Shown here piece after piece: positions 12,101 to 27,599 of a stretch of 64,000 nucleotides of DNA. Source of the DNA: Gordius albopunctatus (Eukaryota); contig OZ193909.1 in the NCBI GenBank assembly GCA_964276515.1, positions 9,424,001 to 9,488,000 of the forward strand, written 5' to 3'. The translations under genes and the position numbers were made by a program. The stretch's first letter is position 1. Each line of letters opens with the position of its first letter. The notes below the pieces were generated by a model. That model was given only the letters and a program-made list of their open reading frames with translations, did no database searches and was not told where the DNA came from.

Positions 12101-15100
12101 ATTTTGAGGTCGAAAAAAATATTTATTTTCATATTATTTGTAAAGGAAGCTGAAAAAATCTTTAAAAGTCAGAAAATATTCTTAGCATTATGTCCTTGTT
12201 AAAATCCCGATAAGATTTTTCCACTGGGGGAAGTTTTAGATTGAGAGAAATTAAACTTTTCGTGTTGCGTTTAGATTGTTTCAAGATCGCTTTCTAATTT
12301 CGTCTATAGTTTTTGTGAAACAAGCTCTATGTGATCGTGATTCAAAGTTAATAATTTTTGAGGACTGATCAAAAAAATTTTTTAACGAATTCACCTCTGA
12401 TATCGAAAACTTTCAAGAGGGCTATATGGTTGAACAAAAAATTTAAAAAATTTTGAGGTCGAAAAAAATATTTATTTTCATATTCTTTCGAAAGGGGGCG
12501 GAAGAAATAATTAAAAGATAGTAAATATTCTTAGCATTATGTCCTTGTTAAAATCCCGATAAGAATTTTTGCACGGGTGGAGTTTTAGATTGAGAAAAAC
12601 TAAACTTTTCGTGTTGCGTTTAGATTGTTTCAAAATCGCTTTCTAATCGCGTCTCTAGTTTTTATGAAACAAGCTCTATGTGATTATGATTAAAAGTTAA
12701 TAATTTTTGAGGACTGATCAAAAATTATTTTTAACGAATTCACCTCTGACATCGAAAACTTTCACGAGGGCTATATGCTCTAACAAAAAAAATTGACAAA
12801 AATTTTGAGGTCGAAAAAAATATTTATTTTCATATTATTTGGAAAGGGGGATGAAAAAATGTTTAAAAGTCAGTAAATATTCTTAGCATTATGTCCTTGT
12901 TAAAATCCCGATAAGAATTTTTTCACGGGGGGAAGTTTTAGATTGAGAGAAACTAAACTTTTTATGTTGCGTTTAGATTGTTTTTAAATCGCTTTCTAAG
13001 CCTGTCTTTAGTTTTTGTGAAACAAGCTCTAGGTGATCGTGATTCAAAGTTAATAATTTTTGAGGACTGATCAAAAAATTTTTTTAATGAATTCACCTCT
13101 GATATTGAAAACTTTCACGAGGGCTATATACTTTAACAAAAAAAATTGACAAAAATTTTGAGGTCGAAAAAAATATTTATTTTCATATTATTTGGAAAGG
13201 TGGCTGAAAAAATGTTTAAAAGTCAGTAAATATTCTTAGCATTATGTCCTTGTTAAAATCCCGATAAGAATTTTTTCACGGGGGGAAGTTTTAGATTGAG
13301 AGAAACTAAACTTTTTATGTTGCGTTTAGATTGTTTCAAGATCGCTTTCTAATTTCGTCTATAGTTTTTGTGAAACAAGCTCTATGTGATCGTGATTCAA
13401 AGTTAATAATTTTTGAGGACTGATCAAAAAATTTTTTTATGGAATTCACCTCTGATATCGAAAACTTTCATGAGGGCTATATGGTTGAACAAAAAATTTA
13501 AAAAATTTTGAGGTCGAAAAAAATATTTATTTTCATATTATTTGTAAAGGAAGCTGAAAAAATCTTTAAAAGTCAGAAAATATTCTTAGCATTATGTCCT
13601 TGTTAAAATCCCGATAAGATTTTTCCACTGGGGGAAGTTTTAGATTGAGAGAAATTAAACTTTTCGTGTTGCGTTTAGATTGTTTCAAGATCGCTTTCTA
13701 ATTTCGTCTATAGTTTTTGTGAAACAAGCTCTATGTGATCGTGATTCAAAGTTAATAATTTTTGAGGACTGATCAAAAAATTTTTTTATGGAATTCACCT
13801 CTGATATCGAAAACTTTCATGAGGGCTATATGGTTCAACAAAAAATTTAAAAAATTTTGAGGTCGAAAAAAATATTTATTTTCATATTATTTGTAAAGGA
13901 AGCTGAAAAAATCTTTAAAAGTCAGAAAATATTCTTAGCATTATGTCCTTGTTAAAATCCCGATAAGATATTTCCACTGGGGGAAGTTTTAGATTGAGAG
14001 AAATTAAACTTTTCGTGTTGCGTTTAGATTGTTTCAAGATCGCTTTCTAATTTCGTCTATAGTTTTTGTGAAACAAGCTCTATGTGATCGTGATTCAAAG
14101 TTAATAATTTTTGAGGACTGATCAAAAAATTTTTTTAACGAATTCACCTCTGATATCGAAAACTTTCATGAGGGCTATATGGTTGAACAAAAAATTTAAA
14201 AAATTTTGAGGTCGAAAAAAATATTTATTTTCATATTCTTTCGAAAGGGGGCAAAAGAAATAATTAAAAGATAGTAAATATTCTTAGCATTATGTCCTTG
14301 TTAAAATCCCGATAAGAATTTTTGCACGGGTGGAGTTTTAGATTGAGAAAAACAAAACTTTTCGTGTTGCGTTTAGATTGTTTCAAAATCGCTTTCTAAT
14401 CGCGTCTCTAGTTTTTATGAAACAAGCTCTATGTGATTATGATTAAAAGTTAATAATTTTTGAGGACTGATCAAAAAATTTTTTTAACGAATTCACCTCT
14501 GATATCGAAAACTTTCATGAGGGCTATATGGTTGAACAAAAAATTTAAAAAATTTTGAGGTCGAAAAAAATATTTATTTTCATATTCTTTCGAAAGGGGG
14601 CGGAAGAAATAATTAAAAGATAGTAAATATTCTTAGCATTATGTCCTTGTTAAAATTCCGATAAGAATTTTTGCACGGGTGGAGTTTTAGATTGAGAAAA
14701 ACTAAACTTTTCGTGTTGCGTTTAGATTGTTTCAAGATCGCTTTCTAATTTCGTCTATAGTTTTTGTGAAACAAGCTCTATGTGATCGTGATTCAAAGTT
14801 AATAATTTTTGAGGACTGATCAAAAAATTTTTTTATGGAATTCACCTCTGATATCGAAAACTTTCATGAGGGCTATATGGTTGAACAAAAAATTTAAAAA
14901 ATTTTGAGGTCGAAAAAAATATTTATTTTCATATTATTTGTAAAGGAAGCTGAAAAAATCTTTAAAAGTCAGAAAATATTCTTAGCATTATGTCCTTGTT
15001 AAAATCCCGATAAGATTTTTCCACTGGGGGAAGTTTTAGATTGAGAGAAATTAAACTTTTCGTGTTGCGTTTAGATTGTTTCAAGATCGCTTTCTAATTT

Positions 15101-17577
15101 CGTCTATAGTTTTTGTGAAACAAGCTCTATGTGATCGTGATTCAAAGTTAATAATTTTTGAGGACTGATCAAAAAATTTTTTTAACGAATTCACCTCTGA
15201 TATCGAAAACTTTCAAGAGGGCTATATGGTTGAACAAAAAATTTAAAAAATTTTGAGGTCGAAAAAAATATTTATTTTCATATTCTTTCGAAAGGGGGCG
15301 GAAGAAATAATTAAAAGATAGTAAATATTCTTAGCATTATGTCCTTGTTAAAATCCCGATAAGAATTTTTGCACGGGTGGAGTTTTAGATTGAGAAAAAC
15401 TAAACTTTTCGTGTTGCGTTTAGATTGTTTCAAAATCGCTTTCTAATCGCGTCTCTAGTTTTTATGAAACAAGCTCTATGTGATTATGATTAAAAGTTAA
15501 TAATTTTTGAGGACTGATCAAAAATTATTTTTAACGAATTCACCTCTGACATCGAAAACTTTCACGAGGGCTATATGCTCTAACAAAAAAAATTGACAAA
15601 AATTTTGAGGTCGAAAAAAATATTTATTTTCATATTATTTGGAAAGGGGGATGAAAAAATGTTTAAAAGTCAGTAAATATTCTTAGCATTATGTCCTTGT
15701 TAAAATCCCGATAAGAATTTTTTCACGGGGGGAAGTTTTAGATTGAGAGAAACTAAACTTTTTATGTTGCGTTTAGATTGTTTTTAAATCGCTTTCTAAG
15801 CCTGTCTTTAGTTTTTGTGAAACAAGCTCTAGGTGATCGTGATTCAAAGTTAATAATTTTTGAGGACTGATCAAAAAATTTTTTTAATGAATTCACCTCT
15901 GATATTGAAAACTTTCACGAGGGCTATATACTTTAACAAAAAAAATTGACAAAAATTTTGAGGTCGAAAAAAATATTTATTTTCATATTATTTGGAAAGG
16001 TGGCTGAAAAAATGTTTAAAAGTCAGTAAATATTCTTAGCATTATGTCCTTGTTAAAATCCCGATAAGAATTTTTTCACGGGGGGAAGTTTTAGATTGAG
16101 AGAAACTAAACTTTTTATGTTGCGTTTAGATTGTTTCAAAATCGCTTTCTAAGCCTGTCTTTAGTTTTTGTGAAACAAGCTCTAGGTGATCGTGATTCAA
16201 AGTTAATAATTTTTGAGGACTGATCAAAAAATTTTTTTAACGAATTCACCTCTGATATCGAAAACTTTCATGAGGGCTATATGGTTGAACAAAAAATTTA
16301 AAAAATTTTGAGGTCGAAAAAAATATTTATTTTCATATTATTTGTAAAGGAAGCTGAAAAAATCTTTAAAAGTCAGAAAATATTCTTAGCATTATGTCCT
16401 TGTTAAAATCCCGATAAGATTTTTCCACTGGGGGAAGTTTTAGATTGAGAGAAATTAAACTTTTCGTGTTGCGTTTAGATTGTTTCAAGATCGCTTTCTA
16501 ATTTCGTCTATAGTTTTTGTGAAACAAGCTCTATGTGATCGTGATTCAAAGTTAATAATTTTTGAGGACTGATCAAAAAATTTTTTTATGGAATTCACCT
16601 CTGATATCGAAAACTTTCATGAGGGCTATATGGTTGAACAAAAAATTTAAAAAATTTTGAGGTCGAAAAAAATATTTATTTTCATATTATTTGTAAAGGA
16701 AGCTGAAAAAATCTTTAAAAGTCAGAAAATATTCTTAGCATTATGTCCTTGTTAAAATCCCGATAAGATATTTCCACTGGGGGAAGTTTTAGATTGAGAG
16801 AAATTAAACTTTTCGTGTTGCGTTTAGATTGTTTCAAGATCGCTTTCTAATTTCGTCTATAGTTTTTGTGAAACAAGCTCTATGTGATCGTGATTCAAAG
16901 TTAATAATTTTTGAGGACTGATCAAAAAATTTTTTTAACGAATTCACCTCTGATATCGAAAACTTTCATGAGGGCTATATGGTTGAACAAAAAATTTAAA
17001 AAATTTTGAGGTCGAAAAAAATATTTATTTTCATATTCTTTCGAAAGGGGGCAAAAGAAATAATTAAAAGATAGTAAATATTCTTAGCATTATGTCCTTG
17101 TTAAAATCCCGATAAGAATTTTTGCACGGGTGGAGTTTTAGATTGAGAAAAACTAAACTTTTCGTGTTGCGTTTAGATTGTTTCAAAATCGCTTTCTAAT
17201 CGCGTCTCTAGTTTTTATGAAACAAGCTCTATGTGATTATGATTAAAAGTTAATAATTTTTGAGGACTGATCAAAAAATTTTTTTAACGAATTCACCTCT
17301 GATATCGAAAACTTTCATGAGGGCTATATGGTTGAACAAAAAATTTAAAAAATTTTGAGGTCGAAAAAAATATTTATTTTCATATTCTTTCGAAAGGGGG
17401 CGGAAGAAATAATTAAAAGATAGTAAATATTCTTAGCATTATGTCCTTGTTAAAATTCCGATAAGAATTTTTGCACGGGTGGAGTTTTAGATTGAGAAAA
17501 ACTAAACTTTTCGTGTTGCGTTTAGATTGTTTCAAGATCGCTTTCTAATTTCGTCTATAGTTTTTGTGAAACAAGCT
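9103..17577 (+). repeat. 8-monomer higher-order repeat, period 2800 bp, 3 tandem copies
   Basis: TTTCAAGAGG at 9611/12411/15211, GCAAAAGAAA at 11451/14251/17051 and TAAAATTCCG at 11851/14651/17451. The period fits 2800 = 2x353 + 6x349. Confidence 0.92.
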
Positions 17578-20500
17578 ATATGTGATCGTGATTCAAAGTT
17601 AAAATTTTTGAGGACTGATCAAAAAATTTTTTTAACGAATTCACCTCTGATATCGAAAACTTTCATGAGGGCTATATGGTTGAACAAAAAATTTAAAAAA
17701 TTTTGAGGTCGAAAAAAATATTTATTTTCATATTCTTTCGAAAGGGGGCTGAAGAAATAATTAAAAGATAGTAAATATTCTTAGCATTATGTCCTTGTTA
17801 AAATCCCGATAAGAATTTTTGCACGGGGGGAAGTTTTAGATTGAGAGAAACTAAACTTTTTATGTTGCGTTTAGATTGTTTTTAAATCGCTTTCTAAGCC
17901 TGTCTTTAGTTTTTGTGAAACAAGCTCTAGGTGATCGTGATTCAAAGTTAATAATTTTTGAGGACTGATCAAAAAATTTTTTTATGGAATTCACCTCTGA
18001 TATCGAAAACTTTCACGAGGGCTATATGCTCTAACAAAAAAAATTGACAAAAATTTTGAGGTCGAAAAAAATATTTATTTTCATATTATTTGTAAAGGAA
18101 GCTGAAAAAATCTTTAAAAGTCAGAAAATATTCTTAGCATTATGTCCTTGTTAAAATCCCGATAAGATTTTTCCACTGGGGGAAGTTTTAGATTGAGAGA
18201 AATTAAACTTTTCGTGTTGCGTTTAGATTGTTTCAAGATCGCTTTCTAATTTCGTCTATAGTTTTTGTGAAACAAGCTCTATGTGATCGTGATTCAAAGT
18301 TAATAATTTTTGAGGACTGATCAAAAATTTTTTTTAACGAATTCACCTCTGATATCGAAAACTTTCAAGAGGGCTATATGGTTGAACAAAAAATTTAAAA
18401 AATTTTGAGGTCGAAAAAAATATTTATTTTCATATTCTTTCGAAAGGGGGCGGAAGAAATAATTAAAAGATAGTAAATATTCTTAGCATTATGTCCTTGT
18501 TAAAATCCCGATAAGAATTTTTGCACGGGTGGAGTTTTAGATTGAGAAAAACTAAACTTTTCGTGTTGCGTTTAGATTGTTTCAAAATCGCTTTCTAATC
18601 GCGTCTCTAGTTTTTATGAAACAAGCTCTATGTGATTATGATTAAAAGTTAATAATTTTTGAGGACTGATCAAAAATTATTTTTAACGAATTCACCTCTG
18701 ACATCGAAAACTTTCACGAGGGCTATATGCTCTAACAAAAAAAATTGACAAAAATTTTGAGGTCGAAAAAAATATTTATTTTCATATTATTTGGAAAGGG
18801 GGATGAAAAAATGTTTAAAAGTCAGTAAATATTCTTAGCATTATGTCCTTGTTAAAATCCCGATAAGAATTTTTTCACGGGGGGAAGTTTTAGATTGAGA
18901 GAAACTAAACTTTTTATGTTGCGTTTAGATTGTTTTTAAATCGCTTTCTAAGCCTGTCTTTAGTTTTTGTGAAACAAGCTCTAGGTGATCGTGATTCAAA
19001 GTTAATAATTTTTGAGGACTGATCAAAAAATTTTTTTAATGAATTCACCTCTGATATTGAAAACTTTCACGAGGGCTATATACTTTAACAAAAAAAATTG
19101 ACAAAAATTTTGAGGTCGAAAAAAATATTTATTTTCATATTATTTGGAAAGGTGGCTGAAAAAATGTTTAAAAGTCAGTAAATATTCTTAGCATTATGTC
19201 CTTGTTAAAATCCCGATAAGATTTTTCCACTGGGGGAAGTTTTAGATTGAGAGAAATTAAACTTTTCGTGTTGCGTTTAGATTGTTTCAAGATCGCTTTC
19301 TAATTTCGTCTATAGTTTTTGTGAAACAAGCTCTATGTGATCGTGATTCAAAGTTAATAATTTTTGAGGACTGATCAAAAAATTTTTTTATGGAATTCAC
19401 CTCTGATATCGAAAACTTTCATGAGGGCTATATGGTTGAACAAAAAATTTAAAAAATTTTGAGGTCGAAAAAAATATTTATTTTCATATTATTTGTAAAG
19501 GAAGCTGAAAAAATCTTTAAAAGTCAGAAAATATTCTTAGCATTATGTCCTTGTTAAAATCCCGATAAGATATTTCCACTGGGGGAAGTTTTAGATTGAG
19601 AGAAATTAAACTTTTCGTGTTGCGTTTAGATTGTTTCAAGATCGCTTTCTAATTTCGTCTATAGTTTTTGTGAAACAAGCTCTATGTGATCGTGATTCAA
19701 AGTTAATAATTTTTGAGGACTGATCAAAAAATTTTTTTAACGAATTCACCTCTGATATCGAAAACTTTCATGAGGGCTATATGGTTGAACAAAAAATTTA
19801 AAAAATTTTGAGGTCGAAAAAAATATTTATTTTCATATTCTTTCGAAAGGGGGCGGAAGAAATAATTAAAAGATAGTAAATATTCTTAGCATTATGTCCT
19901 TGTTAAAATCCCGATAAGAATTTTTGCACGGGTGGAGTTTTAGATTGAGAAAAACTAAACTTTTCGTGTTGCGTTTAGATTGTTTCAAAATCGCTTTCTA
20001 ATCGCGTCTCTAGTTTTTATGAAACAAGCTCTATGTGATTATGATTAAAAGTTAATAATTTTTGAGGACTGATCAAAAAATTTTTTTAACGAATTCACCT
20101 CTGATATCGAAAACTTTCATGAGGGCTATATGGTTGAACAAAAAATTTAAAAAATTTTGAGGTCGAAAAAAATATTTATTTTCATATTCTTTCGAAAGGG
20201 GGCGGAAGAAATAATTAAAAGATAGTAAATATTCTTAGCATTATGTCCTTGTTAAAATCCCGATAAGAATTTTTGCACGGGTGGAGTTTTAGATTGAGAA
20301 AAACTAAACTTTTCGTGTTGCGTTTAGATTGTTTCAAGATCGCTTTCTAATTTCGTCTATAGTTTTTGTGAAACAAGCTATATGTGATCGTGATTCAAAG
20401 TTAAAATTTTTGAGGACTGATCAAAAAATTTTTTTAACGAATTCACCTCTGATATCGAAAACTTTCATGAGGGCTATATGGTTGAACAAAAAATTTAAAA

Positions 20501-23500
20501 AATTTTGAGGTCGAAAAAAATATTTATTTTCATATTCTTTCGAAAGGGGGCTGAAGAAATAATTAAAAGATAGTAAATATTCTTAGCATTATGTCCTTGT
20601 TAAAATCCCGATAAGAATTTTTGCACGGGGGGAAGTTTTAGATTGAGAGAAACTAAACTTTTTATGTTGCGTTTAGATTGTTTTTAAATCGCTTTCTAAG
20701 CCTGTCTTTAGTTTTTGTGAAACAAGCTCTAGGTGATCGTGATTCAAAGTTAATAATTTTTGAGGACTGATCAAAAAAATTTTTTAACGAATTCACCTCT
20801 GATATTGAAAACTTTCACGAGGGCTATATACTTTAACAAAAAAAATTGACAAAAATTTTGAGGTCGAAAAAAATATTTATTTTCATATTATTTGGAAAGG
20901 TGGCTGAAAAAATGTTTAAAAGTCAGTAAATATTCTTAGCATTATGTCCTTGTTAAAATCCCGATAAGAATTTTTTCACGGGGGGAAGTTTTAGATTGAG
21001 AGAAACTAAACTTTTCGTGTTGCGTTTAGATTGTTTCAAAATCGCTTTCTAATCGCGTCTCTAGTTTTTATGAAACAAGCTCTATGTGATTATGATTAAA
21101 AGTTAATAATTTTTGAGGACTGATCAAAAATTATTTTTAACGAATTCACCTCTGACATCGAAAACTTTCACGAGGGCTATATGCTCTAACAAAAAAAATT
21201 GACAAAAATTTTGAGGTCGAAAAAAATATTTATTTTCATATTATTTGTAAAGGAAGCTGAAAAAATCTTTAAAAGTCAGAAAATATTCTTAGCATTATGT
21301 CCTTGTTAAAATCCCGATAAGATTTTTCCACTGGGGGAAGTTTTAGATTGAGAGAAATTAAACTTTTCGTGTTGCGTTTAGATTGTTTGAAGATCGCTTT
21401 CTAATTTCGTCTATAGTTTTTGTGAAACAAGCTCTATGTGATCGTGATTCAAAGTTAATAATTTTTGAGGACTGATCAAAAAAATTTTTTAACGAATTCA
21501 CCTCTGATATCGAAAACTTTCATGAGGGCTATATGGTTGAACAAAAAATTTAAAAAATTTTGAGGTCGAAAAAAATATTTATTTTCATATTCTTTCGAAA
21601 GGGGGCGGAAGAAATAATTAAAAGATAGTAAATATTCTTAGCATTATGTCCTTGTTAAAATCCCGATAAGAATTTTTGCACGGGTGGAGTTTTAGATTGA
21701 GAAAAACTAAACTTTTCGTGTTGCGTTTCGATTGATTCAAAATCGCTTTCTAATCGCGTCTCTAGTTTTTATGAAACAAGCTCTATGTGATTATGATTAA
21801 AAGTTAATAATTTTTGAGGACTGATCAAAAATTATTTTTAACGAATTCACCTCTGACATCGAAAACTTTCACGAGGGCTATATGCTCTAACAAAAAAAAT
21901 TGACAAAAATTTTGAGGTCGAAAAAAATATTTATTTTCATATTATTTGGAAAGGGGGATGAAAAAATCTTTAAAAGTCAATAAATATTCTTAGTATTATG
22001 TCCTTGTTAAAATCCCGATAAGAATTTTTGCACGGGGGGAAGTTTTAGATTGAGAGAAACTAAACTTTTTATGTTGCGTTTAGATTGTTTTTAAATCGCT
22101 TTCTAAGCCTGTCTTTAGTTTTTGTGAAACAAGCTCTAGGTGATCGTGATTCAAAGTTAATAATTTTTGAGGACTGATCAAAAAATTTTTTTAATGAATT
22201 CACCTCTGATATTGAAAACTTTCACGAGGGCTATATACTTTAACAAAAAAAATTGACAAAAATTTTGAGGTCGAAAAAAATATTTATTTTCATATTATTT
22301 GGAAAGGTGGCTGAAAAAATGTTTAAAAGTCAGTAAATATTCTTAGCATTATGTCCTTGTTAAAATCCCGATAAGAATTTTTTCACGGGGGGAAGTTTTA
22401 GATTGAGAGAAACTAAACTTTTTATGTTGCGTTTAGATTGTTTCAAAATCGCTTTCTAAGCCTGTCTTTAGTTTTTGTGAAACAAGCTCTAGGTGATCGT
22501 GATTCAAAGTTAATAATTTTTGAGGACTGATCAAAAAATTTTTTTAACGAATTCACCTCTGATATCGAAAACTTTCATGAGGGCTATATGGTTGAACAAA
22601 AAATTTAAAAAATTTTGAGGTCGAAAAAAATATTTATTTTCATATTATTTGGAAAGGGGGATGAAAAAATCTTTAAAAGTCAATAAATATTCTTAGTATT
22701 ATGTCCTTGTTAAAATCCCGATAAGAATTTTTGCACGGGGGGAAGTTTTAGATTGAGAGAAACTAAACTTTTTATGTTGCGTTTAGATTGTTTTTAAATC
22801 GCTTTCTAAGCCTGTCTTTAGTTTTTGTGAAACAAGCTCTAGGTGATCGTGATTCAAAGTTAATAAATTTTGAGGACTGATCAAAAAATTTTTTTAACGA
22901 ATTCACCTCTGACATCGAAAACTTTCACGAGGGCTATATGCTCTAACAAAAAAAATTGACAAAAATTTTGAGGTCGAAAAAAATATTTATTTTCATATTA
23001 TTTGGAAAGGGGGATGAAAAAATCTTTAAAAGTCAATAAATATTCTTAGTATTATGTCCTTGTTAAAATCCCGATAAGAATTTTTGCACGGGGGGAAGTT
23101 TTAGATTGAGAGAAACTAAACTTTTTATGTTGCGTTTAGATTGTTTCAAAATCGCTTTCTAAGCCTGTCTTTAGTTTTTGTGAAACAAGCTCTAGGTGAT
23201 CGTGATTCAAAGTTAATAATTTTTGAGGACTGATCAAAAAATTTTTTTAATGAATTCACCTCTGATATTGAAAACTTTCACGAGGGCTATATACTTTAAC
23301 AAAAAAAATTGACAAAAATTTTGAGGTCGAAAAAAATATTTATTTTCATATTATTTGTAAAGGAAGCTGAAAAAATCTTTAAAAGTCAGAAAATATTCTT
23401 AGAATTATGTCCTTGTTAAAATCCCGATATGATTTTTCCACTGGGGGAAGTTTTAGATTGAGAGAAATTAAACTTTTCGTGTTGCGTTTAGATTGTTTCA

Positions 23501-26500
23501 AGATCGCTTTCTAATTTCGTCTATAGTTTTTGTGAAACAAGCTCTATGTGATCGTGATTCAAAGTTAATAATTTTTGAGGACTGATCAAAAAATTTTTTT
23601 ATGGAATTCACCTCTGATATCGAAAACTTTCATGAGGGCTATATGGTTGAACAAAAAATTTAAAAAATTTTGAGGTCGAAAAAAATATTTATTTTCATAT
23701 TATTTGTAAAGGAAGCTGAAAAAATCTTTAAAAGTCAGAAAATATTCTTAGCATTATGTCCTTGTTAAAATCCCGATAAGATTTTTCCACTGGGGGAAGT
23801 TTTAGATTGAGAGAAATTAAACTTTTCGTGTTGCGTTTAGATTGTTTCAAGATCGCTTTCTAATTTCGTCTATAGTTTTTGTGAAACAAGCTCTATGTGA
23901 TCGTGATTCAAAGTTAATAATTTTTGAGGACTGATCAAAAAATTTTTTTAACGAATTCACCTCTGATATCGAAAACTTTCAAGAGGGCTATATGGTTGAA
24001 CAAAAAATTTAAAAAATTTTGAGGTCGAAAAAAATATTTATTTTCATATTCTTTCGAAAGGGGGCGGAAGAAATAATTAAAAGATAGTAAATATTCTTAG
24101 CATTATGTCCTTGTTAAAATCCCGATAAGAATTTTTGCACGGGTGGAGTTTTAGATTGAGAAAAACTAAACTTTTCGTGTTGCGTTTAGATTGTTTCAAA
24201 ATCGCTTTCTAATCGCGTCTCTAGTTTTTATGAAACAAGCTCTATGTGATTATGATTAAAAGTTAATAATTTTTGAGGACTGATCAAAAATTATTTTTAA
24301 CGAATTCACCTCTGACATCGAAAACTTTCACGAGGGCTATATGCTCTAACAAAAAAAATTGACAAAAATTTTGAGGTCGAAAAAAATATTTATTTTCATA
24401 TTATTTGGAAAGGGGGATGAAAAAATCTTTAAAAGTCAGAAAATATTCTTAGCATTATGTCCTTGTTAAAATCCCGATAAGATTTTTCCACTGGGGGAAG
24501 TTTTAGATTGAGAGAAATTAAACTTTTCGTGTTGCGTTTAGATTGTTTCAAGATCGCTTTCTAATTTCGTCTATAGTTTTTGTGAAACAAGCTCTATGTG
24601 ATCGTGATTCAAAGTTAATAATTTTTGAGGACTGATCAAAAAATTTTTTTAACGAATTCACCTCTGATATCGAAAACTTTCATGAGGGCTATATGGTTGA
24701 ACAAAAAATTTAAAAAATTTTGAGGTCGAAAAAAATATTTATTTTCATATTCTTTCGAAAGGGGGCGGAAGAAATAATTAAAAGATAGTAAATATTCTTA
24801 GCATTATGTCCTTGTTAAAATCCCGATAAGAATTTTTGCACGGGTGGAGTTTTAGATTGAGAAAAACTAAACTTTTCGTGTTACGTTTAGATTGTTTCAA
24901 AATCGCTTTCTAATCGCGTCTCTAGTTTTTATGAAACAAGCTCTATGTGATTATGATTAAAAGTTAATAATTTTTGAGGACTGATCAAAAATTATTTTTA
25001 ACGAATTCACCTCTGACATCGAAAACTTTCACGAGGGCTATATGCTGTAACAAAAAAAATTGACAAAAATTTTGAGGTCGAAAAAAATATTTATTTTCAT
25101 ATTATTTGGAAAGGGGGATGAAAAAATCTTTAAAAGTCAATAAATATTCTTAGTATTATGTCCTTGTTAAAATCCCGATAAGAATTTTTGCACGGGGGGA
25201 AGTTTTAGATTGAGAGAAACTAAACTTTTTATGTTGCGTTTAGATTGTTTTTAAATCGCTTTCTAAGCCTGTCTTTAGTTTTTGTGAAACAAGCTCTAGG
25301 TGATCGTGATTCAAAGTTAATAAATTTTGAGGACTGATCAAAAAATTTTTTTAACGAATTCACCTCTGACATCGAAAACTTTCACGAGGGCTATATGCTC
25401 TAACAAAAAAAATTGACAAAAATTTTGAGGTCGAAAAAAATATTTATTTTCATATTATTTGGAAAGGGGGATGAAAAAATCTTTAAAAGTCAATAAATAT
25501 TCTTAGTATTATGTCCTTGTTAAAATCCCGATAAGAATTTTTGCACGGGTGGAGTTTTAGATTGAGAAAAACTAAACTTTTCGTGTTGCGTTTAGATTGT
25601 TTCAAAATCGCTTTCTAATCGCGTCTCTAGTTTTTATGAAACAAGCTCTATGTGATTATGATTAAAAGTTAATAATTTTTGAGGACTGATCAAAAATTAT
25701 TTTTAACGAATTCACCTCTGACATCGAAAACTTTCACGAGGGCTATATGCTCTAACAAAAAAAATTGACAAAAATTTTGAGGTCGAAAAAAATATTTATT
25801 TTCATATTATTTGGAAAGGGGGATGAAAAAATCTTTAAAAGTCAATAAATATTCTTAGTATTATGTCCTTGTTAAAATCCCGATAAGAATTTTTGCACGG
25901 GGGGAAGTTTTAGATTGAGAGAAACTAAACTTTTTATGTTGCGTTTAGATTGTTTTTAAATCGCTTTCTAAGCCTGTCTTTAGTTTTTGTGAAACAAGCT
26001 CTAGGTGATCGTGATTCAAAGTTAATAATTTTTGAGGACTGATCAAAAATTATTTTTAACGAATTCACCTCTGACATCGAAAACTTTCACGAGGGCTATA
26101 TGCTCTAACAAAAAAAATTGACAAAAATTTTGAGGTCGAAAAAAATATTTATTTTCATATTATTTGGAAAGGGGGATGAAAAAATGTTTAAAAGTCAGTA
26201 AATATTCTTAGCATTATGTCCTTGTTAAAATCCCGATAAGAATTTTTTCACGGGGGGAAGTTTTAGATTGAGAGAAACTAAACTTTTTATGTTGCGTTTA
26301 GATTGTTTTTAAATCGCTTTCTAAGCCTGTCTTTAATTTTTGTGAAACAAGCTCTAGGTGATCGTGATTCAAAGTTAATAATTTTTGAGGACTGATCAAA
26401 AAATTTTTTTAACGAATTCACGTCTGATATCGAAAACTTTCATGAGGGCTATATGGTTGAACAAAAAATTTAAAAAATTTTGAGGTCGAAAAAAATATTT

Positions 26501-27599
26501 ATTTTCATATTATTTGTAAAGGAAGCTGAAAAAATCTTTAAAAGTCAGAAAATATTCTTAGAATTATGTCCTTGTTAAAATCCCGATAAGATTTTTCCAC
26601 TGGGGGAAGTTTTAGATTGAGAGAAATTAAACTTTTCGTGTTGCGTTTAGATTGTTTCAAGATCGCTTTCTAATTTCGTCTATAGTTTTTGTGAAACAAG
26701 CTCTATGTGATCGTGATTCAAAGTTAATAATTTTTGAGGACTGATCAAAAAATTTTTTTATGGAATTCACCTCTGATATCGAAAACTTTCATGAGGGCTA
26801 TATGCTCTAACAAAAAAAATTGACAAAAATTTTGAGGTCGAAAAAAATATTTATTTTCATATTATTTGGAAAGGGGGATGAAAAAATCTTTAAAAGTCAG
26901 AAAATATTCTTAGCATTATGTCCTTGTTAAAATCCCGATAAGATTTTTCCACTGGGGGAAGTTTTAGATTGAGAGAAATTAAACTTTTCGTGTTGCGTTT
27001 AGATTGTTTCAAGATCGCTTTCTAATTTCGTCTATAGTTTTTGTGAAACAAGCTCTATGTGATCGTGATTCAAAGTTAATAATTTTTGAGGACTGATCAA
27101 AAAATTTTTTTAACGAATTCACCTCTGATATCGAAAACTTTCAAGAGGGCTATATGGTTGAACAAAAAATTTAAAAAATTTTGAGGTCGAAAAAAATATT
27201 TATTTTCATATTCTTTCGAAAGGGGGCGGAAGAAATAATTAAAAGATAGTAAATATTCTTAGCATTATGTCCTTGTTAAAATCCCGATAAGAATTTTTGC
27301 ACGGGTGGAGTTTTAGATTGAGAAAAACTAAACTTTTCGTGTTACGTTTAGATTGTTTCAAAATCGCTTTCTAAGCCTGTCTTTAGTTTTTGTGAAACAA
27401 GCTCTAGGTGATCGTGATTCAAAGTTAATAATTTTTGAGGACTGATCAAAAAATTTTTTTAACGAATTCACCTCTGACATCGAAAACTTACACGAGGGCT
27501 ATATACTTTAACAAAAAAAATTGACAAAAATTTTGAGGTCGAAAAAAATATTTATTTTCATATTATTTGTAAAGGAAGCTGAAAAAATCTTTAAAAGTC

